Assembly: GCA_963790305.1 (NCBI GenBank)
Contig: CAWBOC010000009.1
Span: forward strand, 544,001 to 608,000
Direction: 5' to 3'
Origin: an uncultured Gemmatimonadaceae bacterium
Lineage (GTDB): Bacteria > Gemmatimonadota > Gemmatimonadetes > Gemmatimonadales > Gemmatimonadaceae
Length of the DNA stretch: 64,000 bases
Both the position numbers and the translations under genes were made by a program. Positions 48,606 through 61,149 of this stretch are shown piece by piece. The notes beneath the pieces are model-generated. The model searched no databases and had not been told where the DNA came from. It saw only the letters and a list, made by a program, of their open reading frames with translations. Every line of letters starts with the position of its first letter. Position 1 is the first letter of the stretch.

Positions 48606-50266
48606 TACCAGCCGTACCCGCTGCGCGCCGCCACCCGCTCGTTGCGATAGGACGGGCGTCCGCGCGCGAACAATTCCTGATATGGCACCGGCCACTCGAG
48701 CGGCGTCCCCATCACGAGATCACCCCATCCCCGTGAATCGAGGTACCACTGGCCGTAGCCCGTGAATGCGGTTTCCATCCGTTTTTCCCACTTCATCGCT
48801 TCCCAGAGCGTGCCGCACACCGTCGAGGTGAAGTTGGGCCCGACCGGGACGCGCGGCACGCACGCGTTGCCCCCGGGGACCGGGTCGACTCCATTCGAGA
48901 CGCCGGCGACCGACGCCAGCCCATTCTGCAACCGGTACTTGTCGATGAGCGCCGCCGCGGCCGCGAAGCTGCCGGCGCGGAGATGGGCTTCCGCCGCGAG
49001 CATGTCGATCTCGGCAACCGTCATGATCGGGAACGGCCCGCCACTCGCGTCACGGTTGCGAACCCGCCAGAACCGTACGAAGTCGTAGTGCGACGTTCCC
49101 CACGCTTCCGCGGGCGTGTCCTGGCCGGCAGGCCGGTTGCGAATGTAGAGAACGGTATCCGGCGCAATGACCGGGCTGGTCGTCGGCACCCTCGCCTGCT
49201 GTGCCGCGCGCGTCTCGCCCGCGGGGAAACGCCGGTCCGGCGTCCTGATCAGGAAAGGCGCACGGTTGTCGAGCGCCGTCGCGAGCCAGGTGTCGTAGGC
49301 GCGCGTCGTGTCCGCCATGCCGAATATGAAGGGCGTGATCTGATGCCATCCGGACGACACGGCGGCCTGCACGATCCACCCGTTCGTCCATCCCGCCGAC
49401 ACGCTGAGGTTCACATTCAGATCCGACGTGATTCCGTTGGTCGCGTCGGCGAGGATCGCGGTCCAATCCGCGGCCTGCCGATCTGTCGGGGTGCGTCCAA
49501 CACCCGCGCGAAAGCGCGCCTTGTACGACCGGAGGACGCGTCGATATTGATCCTTCGACATGTCGGCCGACTGGGCCAGCCAGGCCGCGGGAATGAACGC
49601 GGCCGTCGCGGTATCCTGCGCCAGGAAGACGAGCGCCGAATCCAGCATGGCGAGCGCATCGGTCATCGCCTCGGCGGCGCCTGAGAATTCGCCCACCTCG
49701 GTACCGCTGAGCACACCGGGCCAGACGACGGAGACGGAGTCGTAGAACAGCGCCAGGAAGCCGTGCGCGTACCCCAGCGTGAAGTACGCGAACGATTTCG
49801 CGCGAAGGTCGCGCCGCTGTCCGAGCGATCTCCCTTCGTCCGCGAACACTTGCATGGCGTCGATGGAGTTGGCCGCCATCCGGGCGTTACGAGTCAGGTG
49901 ATCGAAGTCGCGGAAATTCCCGACTTCTTCCCGGTTGCCGATCGTATTGTCGATGAGCCCGCGCGGGATGTCGCCGCGCGTGCCCATGCCGAAGTTCCCC
50001 AGCTGGGAGGAGCTCTCGAACGACATGGTCATCGACTGCGTCCAGAGATTGTCGCCACCGCCGTTCGGCAGCGGCAAATACTGCCCCTGGTGCATCTGCT
50101 GGAAGAGCTTGGAGACGATGGTCTCCACGCCGACGGGGGTCGCGAACGCGCGCTCGACGTCGGGGTTGTTCAGGTTCGTGATGTTCACCGCATCGTCGCA
50201 GCCCGTCACCGTCAGTGCCGTCGCGACGCCGATGGCCATCACCACCGTGCGATATCGTCCAGACAT
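48605..50266 (-). CDS. SusD/RagB-family lipoprotein (type B, pair 4)
   Basis: Lipobox VTGC, NLNNPDVERAFA, EIDMLAAEA, WEKRMET, WPVPYQEL. Confidence 0.88.
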   Translation of the reverse strand: MSGRYRTVVMAIGVATALTVTGCDDAVNITNLNNPDVERAFATPVGVETIVSKLFQQMHQGQYLPLPNGGGDNLWTQSMTMSFESSSQLGNFGMGTRGDIPRGLIDNTIGNREEVGNFRDFDHLTRNARMAANSIDAMQVFADEGRSLGQRRDLRAKSFAYFTLGYAHGFLALFYDSVSVVWPGVLSGTEVGEFSGAAEAMTDALAMLDSALVFLAQDTATAAFIPAAWLAQSADMSKDQYRRVLRSYKARFRAGVGRTPTDRQAADWTAILADATNGITSDLNVNLSVSAGWTNGWIVQAAVSSGWHQITPFIFGMADTTRAYDTWLATALDNRAPFLIRTPDRRFPAGETRAAQQARVPTTSPVIAPDTVLYIRNRPAGQDTPAEAWGTSHYDFVRFWRVRNRDASGGPFPIMTVAEIDMLAAEAHLRAGSFAAAAALIDKYRLQNGLASVAGVSNGVDPVPGGNACVPRVPVGPNFTSTVCGTLWEAMKWEKRMETAFTGYGQWYLDSRGWGDLVMGTPLEWPVPYQELFARGRPSYRNERVAARSGYGW

Positions 50267-50349
50267 TCAGGACCTCTCTGCAATCGTAGGAAGATCGGGG
50301 CACGCGAACCGCCGTAAGGCGGCCCGCGTTCCCGTCACGTGAAGTCGGA

Positions 50350-53300
50350 TCAGAACGACGTCGAGATGCGGAACGTGTACGTGCGGAGGTTCGGGAACCG
50401 ATATCCCGCCACGGCGGACAACGCCGCCGAATTGAGCGGACCGGTCCGCCCCTGCGCATCGCCGACACCGACCTCGGGATCGAATCCGCGGAAGTCGGTC
50501 CATGTTTTCAGATTGCGCCCAATGACGCCGATCGTGAAATCCCCCACGCCGCCGACATCACCGAGGTGATAGTTCACGGTGACCTCGCGCAGCTTCATGT
50601 AGCTCCCGTCTTCCACCGAGAAGCTGTTGGGGTTCAGCGCGTCATAGAATCCGCCCACGCCTGACGAGCCGCCCACCGGGGCGGTGCCACGGCGCCACCA
50701 ATACCCGATCGGCTTCGCCGTTTCCACTGACTGCCCGGCCTGATTCTGATCCGCCGTCATGAAGTCGCCCAATGACCAGTGGTAGCCAATGTTCCAGACT
50801 TCCTGGCCGAAGGCGCCATCGAGGAGCGCATACGCCGTGAACTTCTTGTAGCTGAAGTTCTGCGAGATGCCGATGTGGTAATCGGGCATTCCGTTGCCCA
50901 GCGGAACGGTCGCGATGTTGCCCGTGGAGTCCCGCAGGACGATGGGCATTCCCCAGTTCGACGCCGCGCCCCACGGCCCTGACGTGAGCTGCGTGCGCCA
51001 GAGATTCTTGGTGATGCCCTCGCTCATCTGGTTGCCCTGACCCACCCACACGATCCACCCCTGATCGTTCGGCCGGAACGAGCTCGTCGCCGTGCCGCAG
51101 TCAGTGCGGAACGGTGCCGGCAGCTGCGAGCAGCTGCGAACGAAGTCCTGCCCGTAGAACGTCCCCAGCATCTCCCCTTCGCGGAAATTGTAGATCGAGA
51201 AGGGATTCTGGCCGATCGCCGCGGGGTGATACACACCCGTAAAGGGCGGGGCATCGAGGCGGGTGATCTGCGACCGCGTGCGATCCCAGATGAGGCGGGT
51301 CGACCAGGTGAAGTCACGGCCGTTGAGAATCGGCACCGTCAGCGCCGCTTCCCATGTCTTGTTCGTCAGCTGTCCCGCGTTCTGCCACTGAAGCTGGAAG
51401 CCGGTGGCCGTCGGCGGACGGACGGAGAGGATCTGATCGTCGATGACCGAATGCGCGTACGAGACATTGAGGACCGCGCGACCGAAGAACTCGATGTCGG
51501 CCCCAACTTCCGTCTCGGTGTTGATCTCGGGTTTCAGATCCTTGTTGCCTAACGTGGCAGGGTTGAGCGTGCCACCCGTGCCGATCGTGAACGTCTCGTA
51601 TTGCGCCGCGAACGACGGACGCTGCCCCGTCGTCCCGCGCGAGTAGCGAAGCTTGAACAGGCTCAGCTGCTCGGCCAGCGGCCACCAGGGCTCGAGCGAT
51701 GCGATCCATGCCGCGGACACGCGTCCGAACGTCGCCCAGCGGTTGCCTTCGCCGAACAGCGAGCTGCCGTCTCGGCGAATCACGCCGCCGAGGATGTAGC
51801 GATCCTTGTAGTCGAAATCCGCGCCGCCGTAGAACGCCAGCTCGCGAATGGTCTGGTTGGCCGACGAAATCAGGAAGTTCAGCTGTGCGGCGTCGGCCGT
51901 CTCCAAGCCGGGAACAATGATGTCGGCACCCTGCAGGGAATCCTGCGAGGCCGTCGACTGGGAGTAGACGGTGCGGGCCGTGAACGTCGCGGCCAGGTCT
52001 GGCAGCAACGTTCGACGCGCCGTCGCACTGAAGCTCGTGTTGTACGCTTCGGTGTCGAAGGCACCCTCATTGATGAAGCCGGCGGAGAACGTCGGGTTCG
52101 ACGTCGTCACGCGGTAACCGCGATCGCGGAACTGGGTGAAATTCCCCGTGGAGCGGTCGTAGCTGAAGTTGCCGTCCAGCGTCACCCACTCGAGCGGGTT
52201 GTAGCGAAGCGTCATGCCGCCGAGGAAGCGCGTGCCGCGGTCCTCGCGCTTGTTGTTCTCCGCGGCATAGAGCGGATTGAAGTTCTGCTCGCCCTGATTC
52301 AGGATGTTCGGGCGGATGTACAGGCGTCCGAATTGATCGCGGTCCGTCAAGCGAACATACCAGGGCATGCGCGAGAGGTTGAACCAGAGCTGTCCCGTCG
52401 TCTGGTCCAGGTGTGCCGCGTCCTCCTTCGACTGGCTGTAGTACGTCGTCATGCTCGCCGTCAGCCGCTCGTTGAAGCTGTGGTCGAGGTTGACGCGCGC
52501 GGAATTCCGGGTATAGCCGTTGAGGAACTTGACGGCGCCTTGCTGCGTCAGGTTGGAGACGCTGGCATACACACCCGTCGTTCCGACGCGGCCGCGCAGA
52601 TCGAGGTTCGTGTTGGCAAACGCTGAGGGCGTGACGACCTGGGCCACCGGATCCGTGATGGTCGGCCACGGGTTGACCTGAAACGTCCCGGTGAGCTGGT
52701 CGTACGTCGGCGCCTGGGCGATTCCGCCGTCATTGCGGATCCGCGTCGGCGGAAGCGAGAAGTCCTCACCCTGATCGTTGATGCGCCGGGCCTCTTCCAT
52801 GAGCTCGACGTAGCGACCACATGGCGACGCCCCGACGTTCTCGTTGGAGCAGAACAGCCGACCCCGCGGATCCATGGCCAGGAAGTGCGTCTGCGCCAGC
52901 GGATACTCTCGCTCAATGTCACCGGCACCAAACTCGGAGCGCACGCCGAAGCGAAGCCCCTCCGGCGCATTCTTCCCCGTCTTGGTGGTAATGTTGATGA
53001 CGCCGGCGCCCGCCCTCGCCCCGTAGAGCGAAGCCGCGGCGGCACCCTTCACGACCTCGACGCTTTCGATGTCGTTCGGGTTGATGTCCGGCAGGTCGCC
53101 CTGCAGCACCACGCCATCGATGATGAAGAGCGGGTTCTGGCTGCGACCGGTGCCGTTGATCGAGACCGGACCGCGCAGCACGACCGCCGGTGCTTCACCC
53201 GGGCGACCCGACGCGGACACGATCGACGCGCCGGGAATCTTTCCCTGAAGCTGCGTCAGCGGATTCGACGCGGTGACCGGCATTTGCAATGTGTCGACGC

Positions 53301-53718
53301 GCGCCACCGTGAACGGCAGCTTGATTTGCTGCGTCTCGGCGGTCACGCCCGTCACGACGACTTCGCTCAGGCGTGCGATGTCGGTCTCGAGGTCGAAGTT
53401 CAGCGTCTGCGTTCCCGCCGACACCGTGAGGGGCTGCGACTCCGGACGGAACCCGACTGCGCGCGCGCGGAGCGCGACGCTCTGCCCGGTTACGCGCGCG
53501 GTCGGAATGGTGATCGTGTAGGTCCCTGCTTCGTTCGTCGCCACGGAAATGTTGAGTTCCGTGATGTACACGTTGGCGCCGTACAAGGGCTGCCCGCGGT
53601 CGGACATCACGCGTCCAGTCACCACGGCGTTCTGTGCCAATGCGGACGATGCAACCCCGGCCACGAGGGTGGCGATCGCCAGCATCGAGATCGTTCGGCT
53701 CCGTGTCACTCGCGTCAT
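50350..53718 (-). CDS. SusC/RagA TonB-dependent transporter (type B, pair 4)
   Basis: DINPNDIESVEVVKGAAAASLYGARAGAGVINITTKTG; VEDGSYMKLRE; FRGFDPEV. Confidence 0.93.
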   Translation of the reverse strand: MTRVTRSRTISMLAIATLVAGVASSALAQNAVVTGRVMSDRGQPLYGANVYITELNISVATNEAGTYTITIPTARVTGQSVALRARAVGFRPESQPLTVSAGTQTLNFDLETDIARLSEVVVTGVTAETQQIKLPFTVARVDTLQMPVTASNPLTQLQGKIPGASIVSASGRPGEAPAVVLRGPVSINGTGRSQNPLFIIDGVVLQGDLPDINPNDIESVEVVKGAAAASLYGARAGAGVINITTKTGKNAPEGLRFGVRSEFGAGDIEREYPLAQTHFLAMDPRGRLFCSNENVGASPCGRYVELMEEARRINDQGEDFSLPPTRIRNDGGIAQAPTYDQLTGTFQVNPWPTITDPVAQVVTPSAFANTNLDLRGRVGTTGVYASVSNLTQQGAVKFLNGYTRNSARVNLDHSFNERLTASMTTYYSQSKEDAAHLDQTTGQLWFNLSRMPWYVRLTDRDQFGRLYIRPNILNQGEQNFNPLYAAENNKREDRGTRFLGGMTLRYNPLEWVTLDGNFSYDRSTGNFTQFRDRGYRVTTSNPTFSAGFINEGAFDTEAYNTSFSATARRTLLPDLAATFTARTVYSQSTASQDSLQGADIIVPGLETADAAQLNFLISSANQTIRELAFYGGADFDYKDRYILGGVIRRDGSSLFGEGNRWATFGRVSAAWIASLEPWWPLAEQLSLFKLRYSRGTTGQRPSFAAQYETFTIGTGGTLNPATLGNKDLKPEINTETEVGADIEFFGRAVLNVSYAHSVIDDQILSVRPPTATGFQLQWQNAGQLTNKTWEAALTVPILNGRDFTWSTRLIWDRTRSQITRLDAPPFTGVYHPAAIGQNPFSIYNFREGEMLGTFYGQDFVRSCSQLPAPFRTDCGTATSSFRPNDQGWIVWVGQGNQMSEGITKNLWRTQLTSGPWGAASNWGMPIVLRDSTGNIATVPLGNGMPDYHIGISQNFSYKKFTAYALLDGAFGQEVWNIGYHWSLGDFMTADQNQAGQSVETAKPIGYWWRRGTAPVGGSSGVGGFYDALNPNSFSVEDGSYMKLREVTVNYHLGDVGGVGDFTIGVIGRNLKTWTDFRGFDPEVGVGDAQGRTGPLNSAALSAVAGYRFPNLRTYTFRISTSF

Positions 53719-54071
53719 CGCTACCTCAAAGGGTGGTATTGGAAACCGCAATGCGTTGGTCGGCGCGCCGTGCCCGGACGTTCGGTTGCGCGCGCTCAGG
53801 GTCACTGACGACACTGGGATGGGAGAGCCTCCTCGGGGTTGAGGTGGTGCGCACGCACCCCGAAGCGCACGGCACGGTGCGCTCCGCGTGCTACGTGCGT
53901 ACTGGTTAGGTCAATACGCCGTGAGTCGCGCGTTAGGGTGCGGCGCCTACTCTGCGAGTGCTGACAAGTGAGCGCAAGAAATTGCATAAAGACTTACATG
54001 TGCGAAGAGAATGTGAGGGACGAAGCGCACGTTACACGGGACGGACATGCGCCAGGTAAGCGCACGGCAAA

Positions 54072-54193
54072 GACGTCAGAATGTCCGAATTCAGAATGTC
54101 AGATTTCAGACAAACGAAAAGGGGAGCCAGTGTTGGCTCCCCTTTCTCTGATCGTTGCTGAAAGCTGAATTCTGCAGTCTGAGATCTGACGTC
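54072..54193. repeat. Long hairpin with heptamer-periodic arms, same family as 5295-5408
   Basis: gacgtcag...aaaggggagcca/tggctccccttt...ctgacgtc. Confidence 0.8.
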
Positions 54194-54211
54194 GTTGCCG
54201 TTCCCCACGCG

Positions 54212-55411
54212 TCATGGATCTCGCTTCGTCATCTCACTCTGCCGCTGGCCATTGGCCCGCTCCGGCGCGGCGAACGTGAAAGGCTGGTGGAGCAGCTGGC
54301 GCACGCGGCGACCACCCCGACGCGCCGGCGTATACGACGCGCGCACCAGGGCCGTGCGCACCGCCTCACTGAACAGCGGATGCGTCGAGGATACGATGCT
54401 GAAGGTGCCCTCTTCCACCCTTCCGAGCGTGTCGACGACGTACTCGGCGATCACCAGTCCCGGGACGGCCTCGGCGAACAGGGTGGGCGGATACTCAATG
54501 CGTAGTGCCGTCGGGTCCAGGAGCCCCGCCGTCGTATCGACGTGATCGGCGGTGAACACCTCCAGCGATGAGACGAGCGCTTCGACTTCCGCCGAGGTGC
54601 CGATCCGCTCTGCCGGCGCATCCATGTCCGTGCTCCGCGACCAGAGCAGGATCGTTCCGCAACTGGACGTCGTCCGCTGCTGGATGTATCGCAGCGGCGG
54701 GGTCGTAGAGCCAAGGTAGAGCTCGATCCCTTCGAACGAGTGTGGCGCGAAGCTGTCGAGATCCACCTCACCCGCAGGCATCGGAAATCCATCGAGCCAC
54801 ACGAGCGGCCAGCACGTGCGACCGCGCATGCGCACCCCCGTCGCGCCTGCACGGCCCTTCACCACGGTGACTCCGGGAACGCGCTGCAGGAGGTGCGTCA
54901 TCGATCGTGGCGCATCGACCTCGAGCTCGCGCAGCGTGATGAAGTGTCCCGCCGTACGCCGCTCGAGACGCTCGTAGAATCCCGCCAGCCGCGCCTGATG
55001 CTTCACCTTGCTCGCGCGCACGACGACCGGCGAGAGCGCCGCAACGACACGCGACAGCTTGAAGGTCACCGCGGCATCGGGCGACGAGGGCACCTGGAGA
55101 TCGACGCTGTCCGGACGAAAGCCGAGCCGGCGCACCCGCACCATCAATGCGCCAACGGGAACGCGATCGAGCCGAAAGATTCCGCGCGCATCGCTGATCG
55201 CCATCGTCCCGAGCCCGCGCACGGAGATCTGCGCGCCGGCAATGGGAGTGCCCTGCACGTCGGTAATCGTCCCCGCGACCACACCCTGCCCCTGCCCACG
55301 CGCAACCGCGACGGTCGCGATGACCATCGCCGCACCGACGACCGTGCGCGCCGCGGCTCTCTCGACTGCGACCGACATCGTCGAAAAGGATAGGACGAGA
55401 GTCCGACGCAC
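54212..55411 (-). CDS. Carboxypeptidase-regulatory-like + plug + TonB C-terminal fusion protein (copy 2)
   Basis: GTITDVQGTPIAGAQI; GFYERLE..GHFIT; CWPLVWLDG; CGTILLWSR; YVVDTLGRVE; PARRGGRRVRQLLHQPFTF; start uncertain (55411 or 55378). Confidence 0.85.
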   Translation of the reverse strand: MRRTLVLSFSTMSVAVERAAARTVVGAAMVIATVAVARGQGQGVVAGTITDVQGTPIAGAQISVRGLGTMAISDARGIFRLDRVPVGALMVRVRRLGFRPDSVDLQVPSSPDAAVTFKLSRVVAALSPVVVRASKVKHQARLAGFYERLERRTAGHFITLRELEVDAPRSMTHLLQRVPGVTVVKGRAGATGVRMRGRTCWPLVWLDGFPMPAGEVDLDSFAPHSFEGIELYLGSTTPPLRYIQQRTTSSCGTILLWSRSTDMDAPAERIGTSAEVEALVSSLEVFTADHVDTTAGLLDPTALRIEYPPTLFAEAVPGLVIAEYVVDTLGRVEEGTFSIVSSTHPLFSEAVRTALVRASYTPARRGGRRVRQLLHQPFTFAAPERANGQRQSEMTKRDP

Positions 55412-55429
55412 ACAATGACGGGATGCACC

Positions 55430-55461
55430 GCGGGCCCCGCGTCACGTGACGCGGGGCCCGC
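55430..55461. terminator. Perfect 32-bp palindrome after atpC
   Basis: gcgggccccgcgtcac|gtgacgcggggcccgc. Confidence 0.7.
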
Positions 55462-55489
55462 AGAAGTTCAGGAGAAAAACGCGCCGGAC

Positions 55490-55741
55490 TCAGCTCGCGG
55501 CGGCTTTCTCTGTGACGACCCGCACGTGGTTGTCCACGACCTGCAGAAAGCCCCCTTCGACGGTGAAACGGCGCTCTCCGCCACTCTCGCTGACGCGAAG
55601 GGTACCGCGCCCCAGGAGCGCCATCATCGGCGCGTGCCCGGTGAGAATGCCGACTTCGCCGTCGTACGCCGGCGCGACCACCTGGGTCGCGTCGCCGTCG
55701 AAGAGCGTGCGCTCCGGCGAGATGACCGAGACCTTGAGCAT
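55490..55741 (-). CDS. atpC: ATP synthase F1 epsilon subunit (short, beta-sandwich only)
   Basis: VISPER, GEVGILTGHAP, VEGGFLQV; 83 aa. Confidence 0.93.
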   Translation of the reverse strand: MLKVSVISPERTLFDGDATQVVAPAYDGEVGILTGHAPMMALLGRGTLRVSESGGERRFTVEGGFLQVVDNHVRVVTEKAAAS

Positions 55742-55744
55742 GCC

Positions 55745-57214
<1,470 letters not shown>

Positions 57215-58090
57215 TCATCCTTTGAGTGCCTCCGCCCCGCCTACGATCTCCGCGATCTCTTGCGTGATCTGCGCCTGGCGAGCGCGGTTGTACGTACGCC
57301 GCAGAATGTTGAGCATGTCCCCGGCGTTGTCGGTTGCGTTTTTCATCGCGGTGCGGCGGGCGCCCTGCTCTCCCGCCACCGTCTCGACCAGAGCGCGGTA
57401 CACGGCATTCCGGACGTAGAGTGGGAGCAGCTCCGAGAGAATCGCCTCCGCCGACGGCAGGAGGATGTAGTCGCGCGCCGGGCCTTTCCGCTCGGGCGGC
57501 GTGACGGGCAGGACCATCTCGGATACCGGCGGCGTGGAGATCGCCGAGTTGAACTTCGCGTACACCACGTACACCGCGTCGAGCCGCTCGGCGATGAAGT
57601 CGCCCATCAAGTCCTGCACGAGCTCGGTTGCGTGGTCGGCGGTCGGTCGATCGCCAATGTCGGTTCGCATCGACGCCAGCTGACGACCGGCGTAGCGGAA
57701 GAATCCGATTCCCTTGCGGCCCACGACGTGAACATCGACCGCCGTCCCTTCGCGCTCCAGGCGGTCGATGAGCGTTCGCGCCTCACGAATCAGATTGGAG
57801 TTGAACGCCCCGGCCAGTCCACGGTTGGACGTCAGCAGAAGGACGGCCGCGCGTCCGCCCGACTGTCGAGCCGCGGCAGGCTGGCGCAGCAATGGAAAGC
57901 GCTCGGCAAGCTCGGGCGTGTACAGGTCGGCGATGACCTGCGCCAGCGATTTCGCGTACGGACGCGCCGCGACGACGCGGTCCTGCGAGCGCTTGAGCTT
58001 GGACGTCGCCACCATTTCCATGGTGCGCGTGATCTTGCGCGTCCCTTCGACGGACTTGATTCGTCCCTTGAGCTCGCGACCCTTGGCCAT
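57215..58090 (-). CDS. atpG: ATP synthase F1 gamma subunit
   Basis: KITRTMEMVA, NRGLAGAFN, YNRARQAQITQEIAEIVGGA. Confidence 0.98.
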   Translation of the reverse strand: MAKGRELKGRIKSVEGTRKITRTMEMVATSKLKRSQDRVVAARPYAKSLAQVIADLYTPELAERFPLLRQPAAARQSGGRAAVLLLTSNRGLAGAFNSNLIREARTLIDRLEREGTAVDVHVVGRKGIGFFRYAGRQLASMRTDIGDRPTADHATELVQDLMGDFIAERLDAVYVVYAKFNSAISTPPVSEMVLPVTPPERKGPARDYILLPSAEAILSELLPLYVRNAVYRALVETVAGEQGARRTAMKNATDNAGDMLNILRRTYNRARQAQITQEIAEIVGGAEALKG

Positions 58091-58123
58091 GATTCCGGTC
58101 TCGGAAGTCGGTCGACGGCGTGC

Positions 58124-59749
<1,626 letters not shown>

Positions 59750-59783
59750 TGGGTAATCGCTCGAAGGTCAGGGGATTCGGCGC

Positions 59784-59818
59784 TTGTGAAAAATATCACA
59801 AGGCCCCCTCACGGGCAA
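59784..59818 (-). promoter_or_regulatory. atpA promoter with overlapping Rex-like operator
   Basis: TTGCCC-N17-TATTTT on the minus strand; palindrome TTGTGAAAAATATCACAA at 59784-59801. Confidence 0.6.
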
Positions 59819-59850
59819 GAAGGGCGGGTCGGATAAATCGTGCCGGGGTT

Positions 59851-60693
59851 CTATCGCCCCCCTCCCGCCCTTCTCGCGGAGGCGCGGGGGCGCCCACCAG
59901 CGCTTCGACCCCCCGCCTGCTCCTTCGCGAACCGCTCGATCACGTCCACTCCGCGCATGGCGGCGAGCGAGCTCGCACGCCTCCCGATCAGGCGCTGGGC
60001 CGTGAGCGACAGGTGGGCCGACGAGGAAAACCCGAGAATCCGCGCCACATCGGCGACGTCGTACCCGGGATTCTTCGCCAACTCGGCGGCAGAGAGCAGT
60101 CGGACGAGGTCGATGAGGCGCTTCAGGGTGGGCGCCCCGCCGGTCCCGAACGACCGGCTCAGATGCTCGCGGGTGAGTCCGAGGGATGCGGCAAGGGTGG
60201 AGGTCCGAATCGGGCGTCCACCACGTGCCACGATGAAGCGCCATGTCGCCAGGTGCAGCGCCGAGCCTAACGACAGCGACTCGGGAGGACTGTCGAGGGC
60301 GGATGCGAAACGTCCGCTGTAGCCGCGCGCGCGCAATACGGCGCGAGCGACGCCGTCGTCCACCCCTTCCACGAGCACATCCGCGAACTCGAGCTCTGCG
60401 CAGCGCGCGACCGCGGGCGCATCCGAAGGACGGAACGACGTGATGCCGAGGAACGCGATGCTGGGATACTCGAGTGCGAGCGCCGCCGCCTCGTCGCTCC
60501 CGTCAGCCCCGCCAACGTCGACGAGTGCCGCGTCGACGAGGTCCCGGCGAAACGCCTTCGAGAACTCGATGACCGTGCGCGCGAGCGCGAGATGTCCGGC
60601 CGGCTTTCCCACCAGGCGCTTCACCCAGGCCCGCGTGCGCTCTCGTGGAGCATAAGCGACCACCAGCGGCGAGGCCGCGTCGTGCACAGGCAT
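59851..60693 (-). CDS. AraC-family HTH regulator with degenerate receiver-like N-terminus
   Basis: LAASLGLTREHLSRSF; VADVARILGFSSSAHL. Confidence 0.85.
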   Translation of the reverse strand: MPVHDAASPLVVAYAPRERTRAWVKRLVGKPAGHLALARTVIEFSKAFRRDLVDAALVDVGGADGSDEAAALALEYPSIAFLGITSFRPSDAPAVARCAELEFADVLVEGVDDGVARAVLRARGYSGRFASALDSPPESLSLGSALHLATWRFIVARGGRPIRTSTLAASLGLTREHLSRSFGTGGAPTLKRLIDLVRLLSAAELAKNPGYDVADVARILGFSSSAHLSLTAQRLIGRRASSLAAMRGVDVIERFAKEQAGGRSAGGRPRASARRAGGGR

Positions 60694-60699
60694 GACGGG

Positions 60700-61149
60700 T
60701 CAGGGTCGCGCCGGCGCTCCCGACTCCACCATGGTAGCCGCGCGCTCGAGGACGGCGCGAGCGTTGGCATACGATATCGCCTGCATCGCGTCCGGCATCG
60801 TCGCCCAGCGGCACGCGGTGATGCCTTCCTCCCGCTGCGGGGAGGTCGCGGCCGCCGCCGACTCCATGAGGTAGAAGTGACAGACCTTGTGAATCAGTCG
60901 CCCGCGAAACCGAAAGTACCAGTCGATGGTCTCGATCTCTCCGCGCAGGGCGAGGTCGTCCAGGCCCGTCTCTTCCTGCACCTCGCGAAGAGCCGCCAGC
61001 TCCGGCGGCTCATCGACCTCGAGATGTCCCTTGGGAAATCCCCAGTTCTTGTAGCTGTCCCGGATGAGGAGATAGAGCGCGCGTCCACCCTCCATGCGGT
61101 AGACCACCCCGCCCGCCGATCGCTCCTCCTTAGCTCGCGATCGCGCCAC
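60700..61149 (-). CDS. NUDIX hydrolase (Ap4A hydrolase-like)
   Basis: SAGGVV, WGFPKGHLE...AALREVQEETGL. Confidence 0.92.
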   Translation of the reverse strand: MARSRAKEERSAGGVVYRMEGGRALYLLIRDSYKNWGFPKGHLEVDEPPELAALREVQEETGLDDLALRGEIETIDWYFRFRGRLIHKVCHFYLMESAAAATSPQREEGITACRWATMPDAMQAISYANARAVLERAATMVESGAPARP

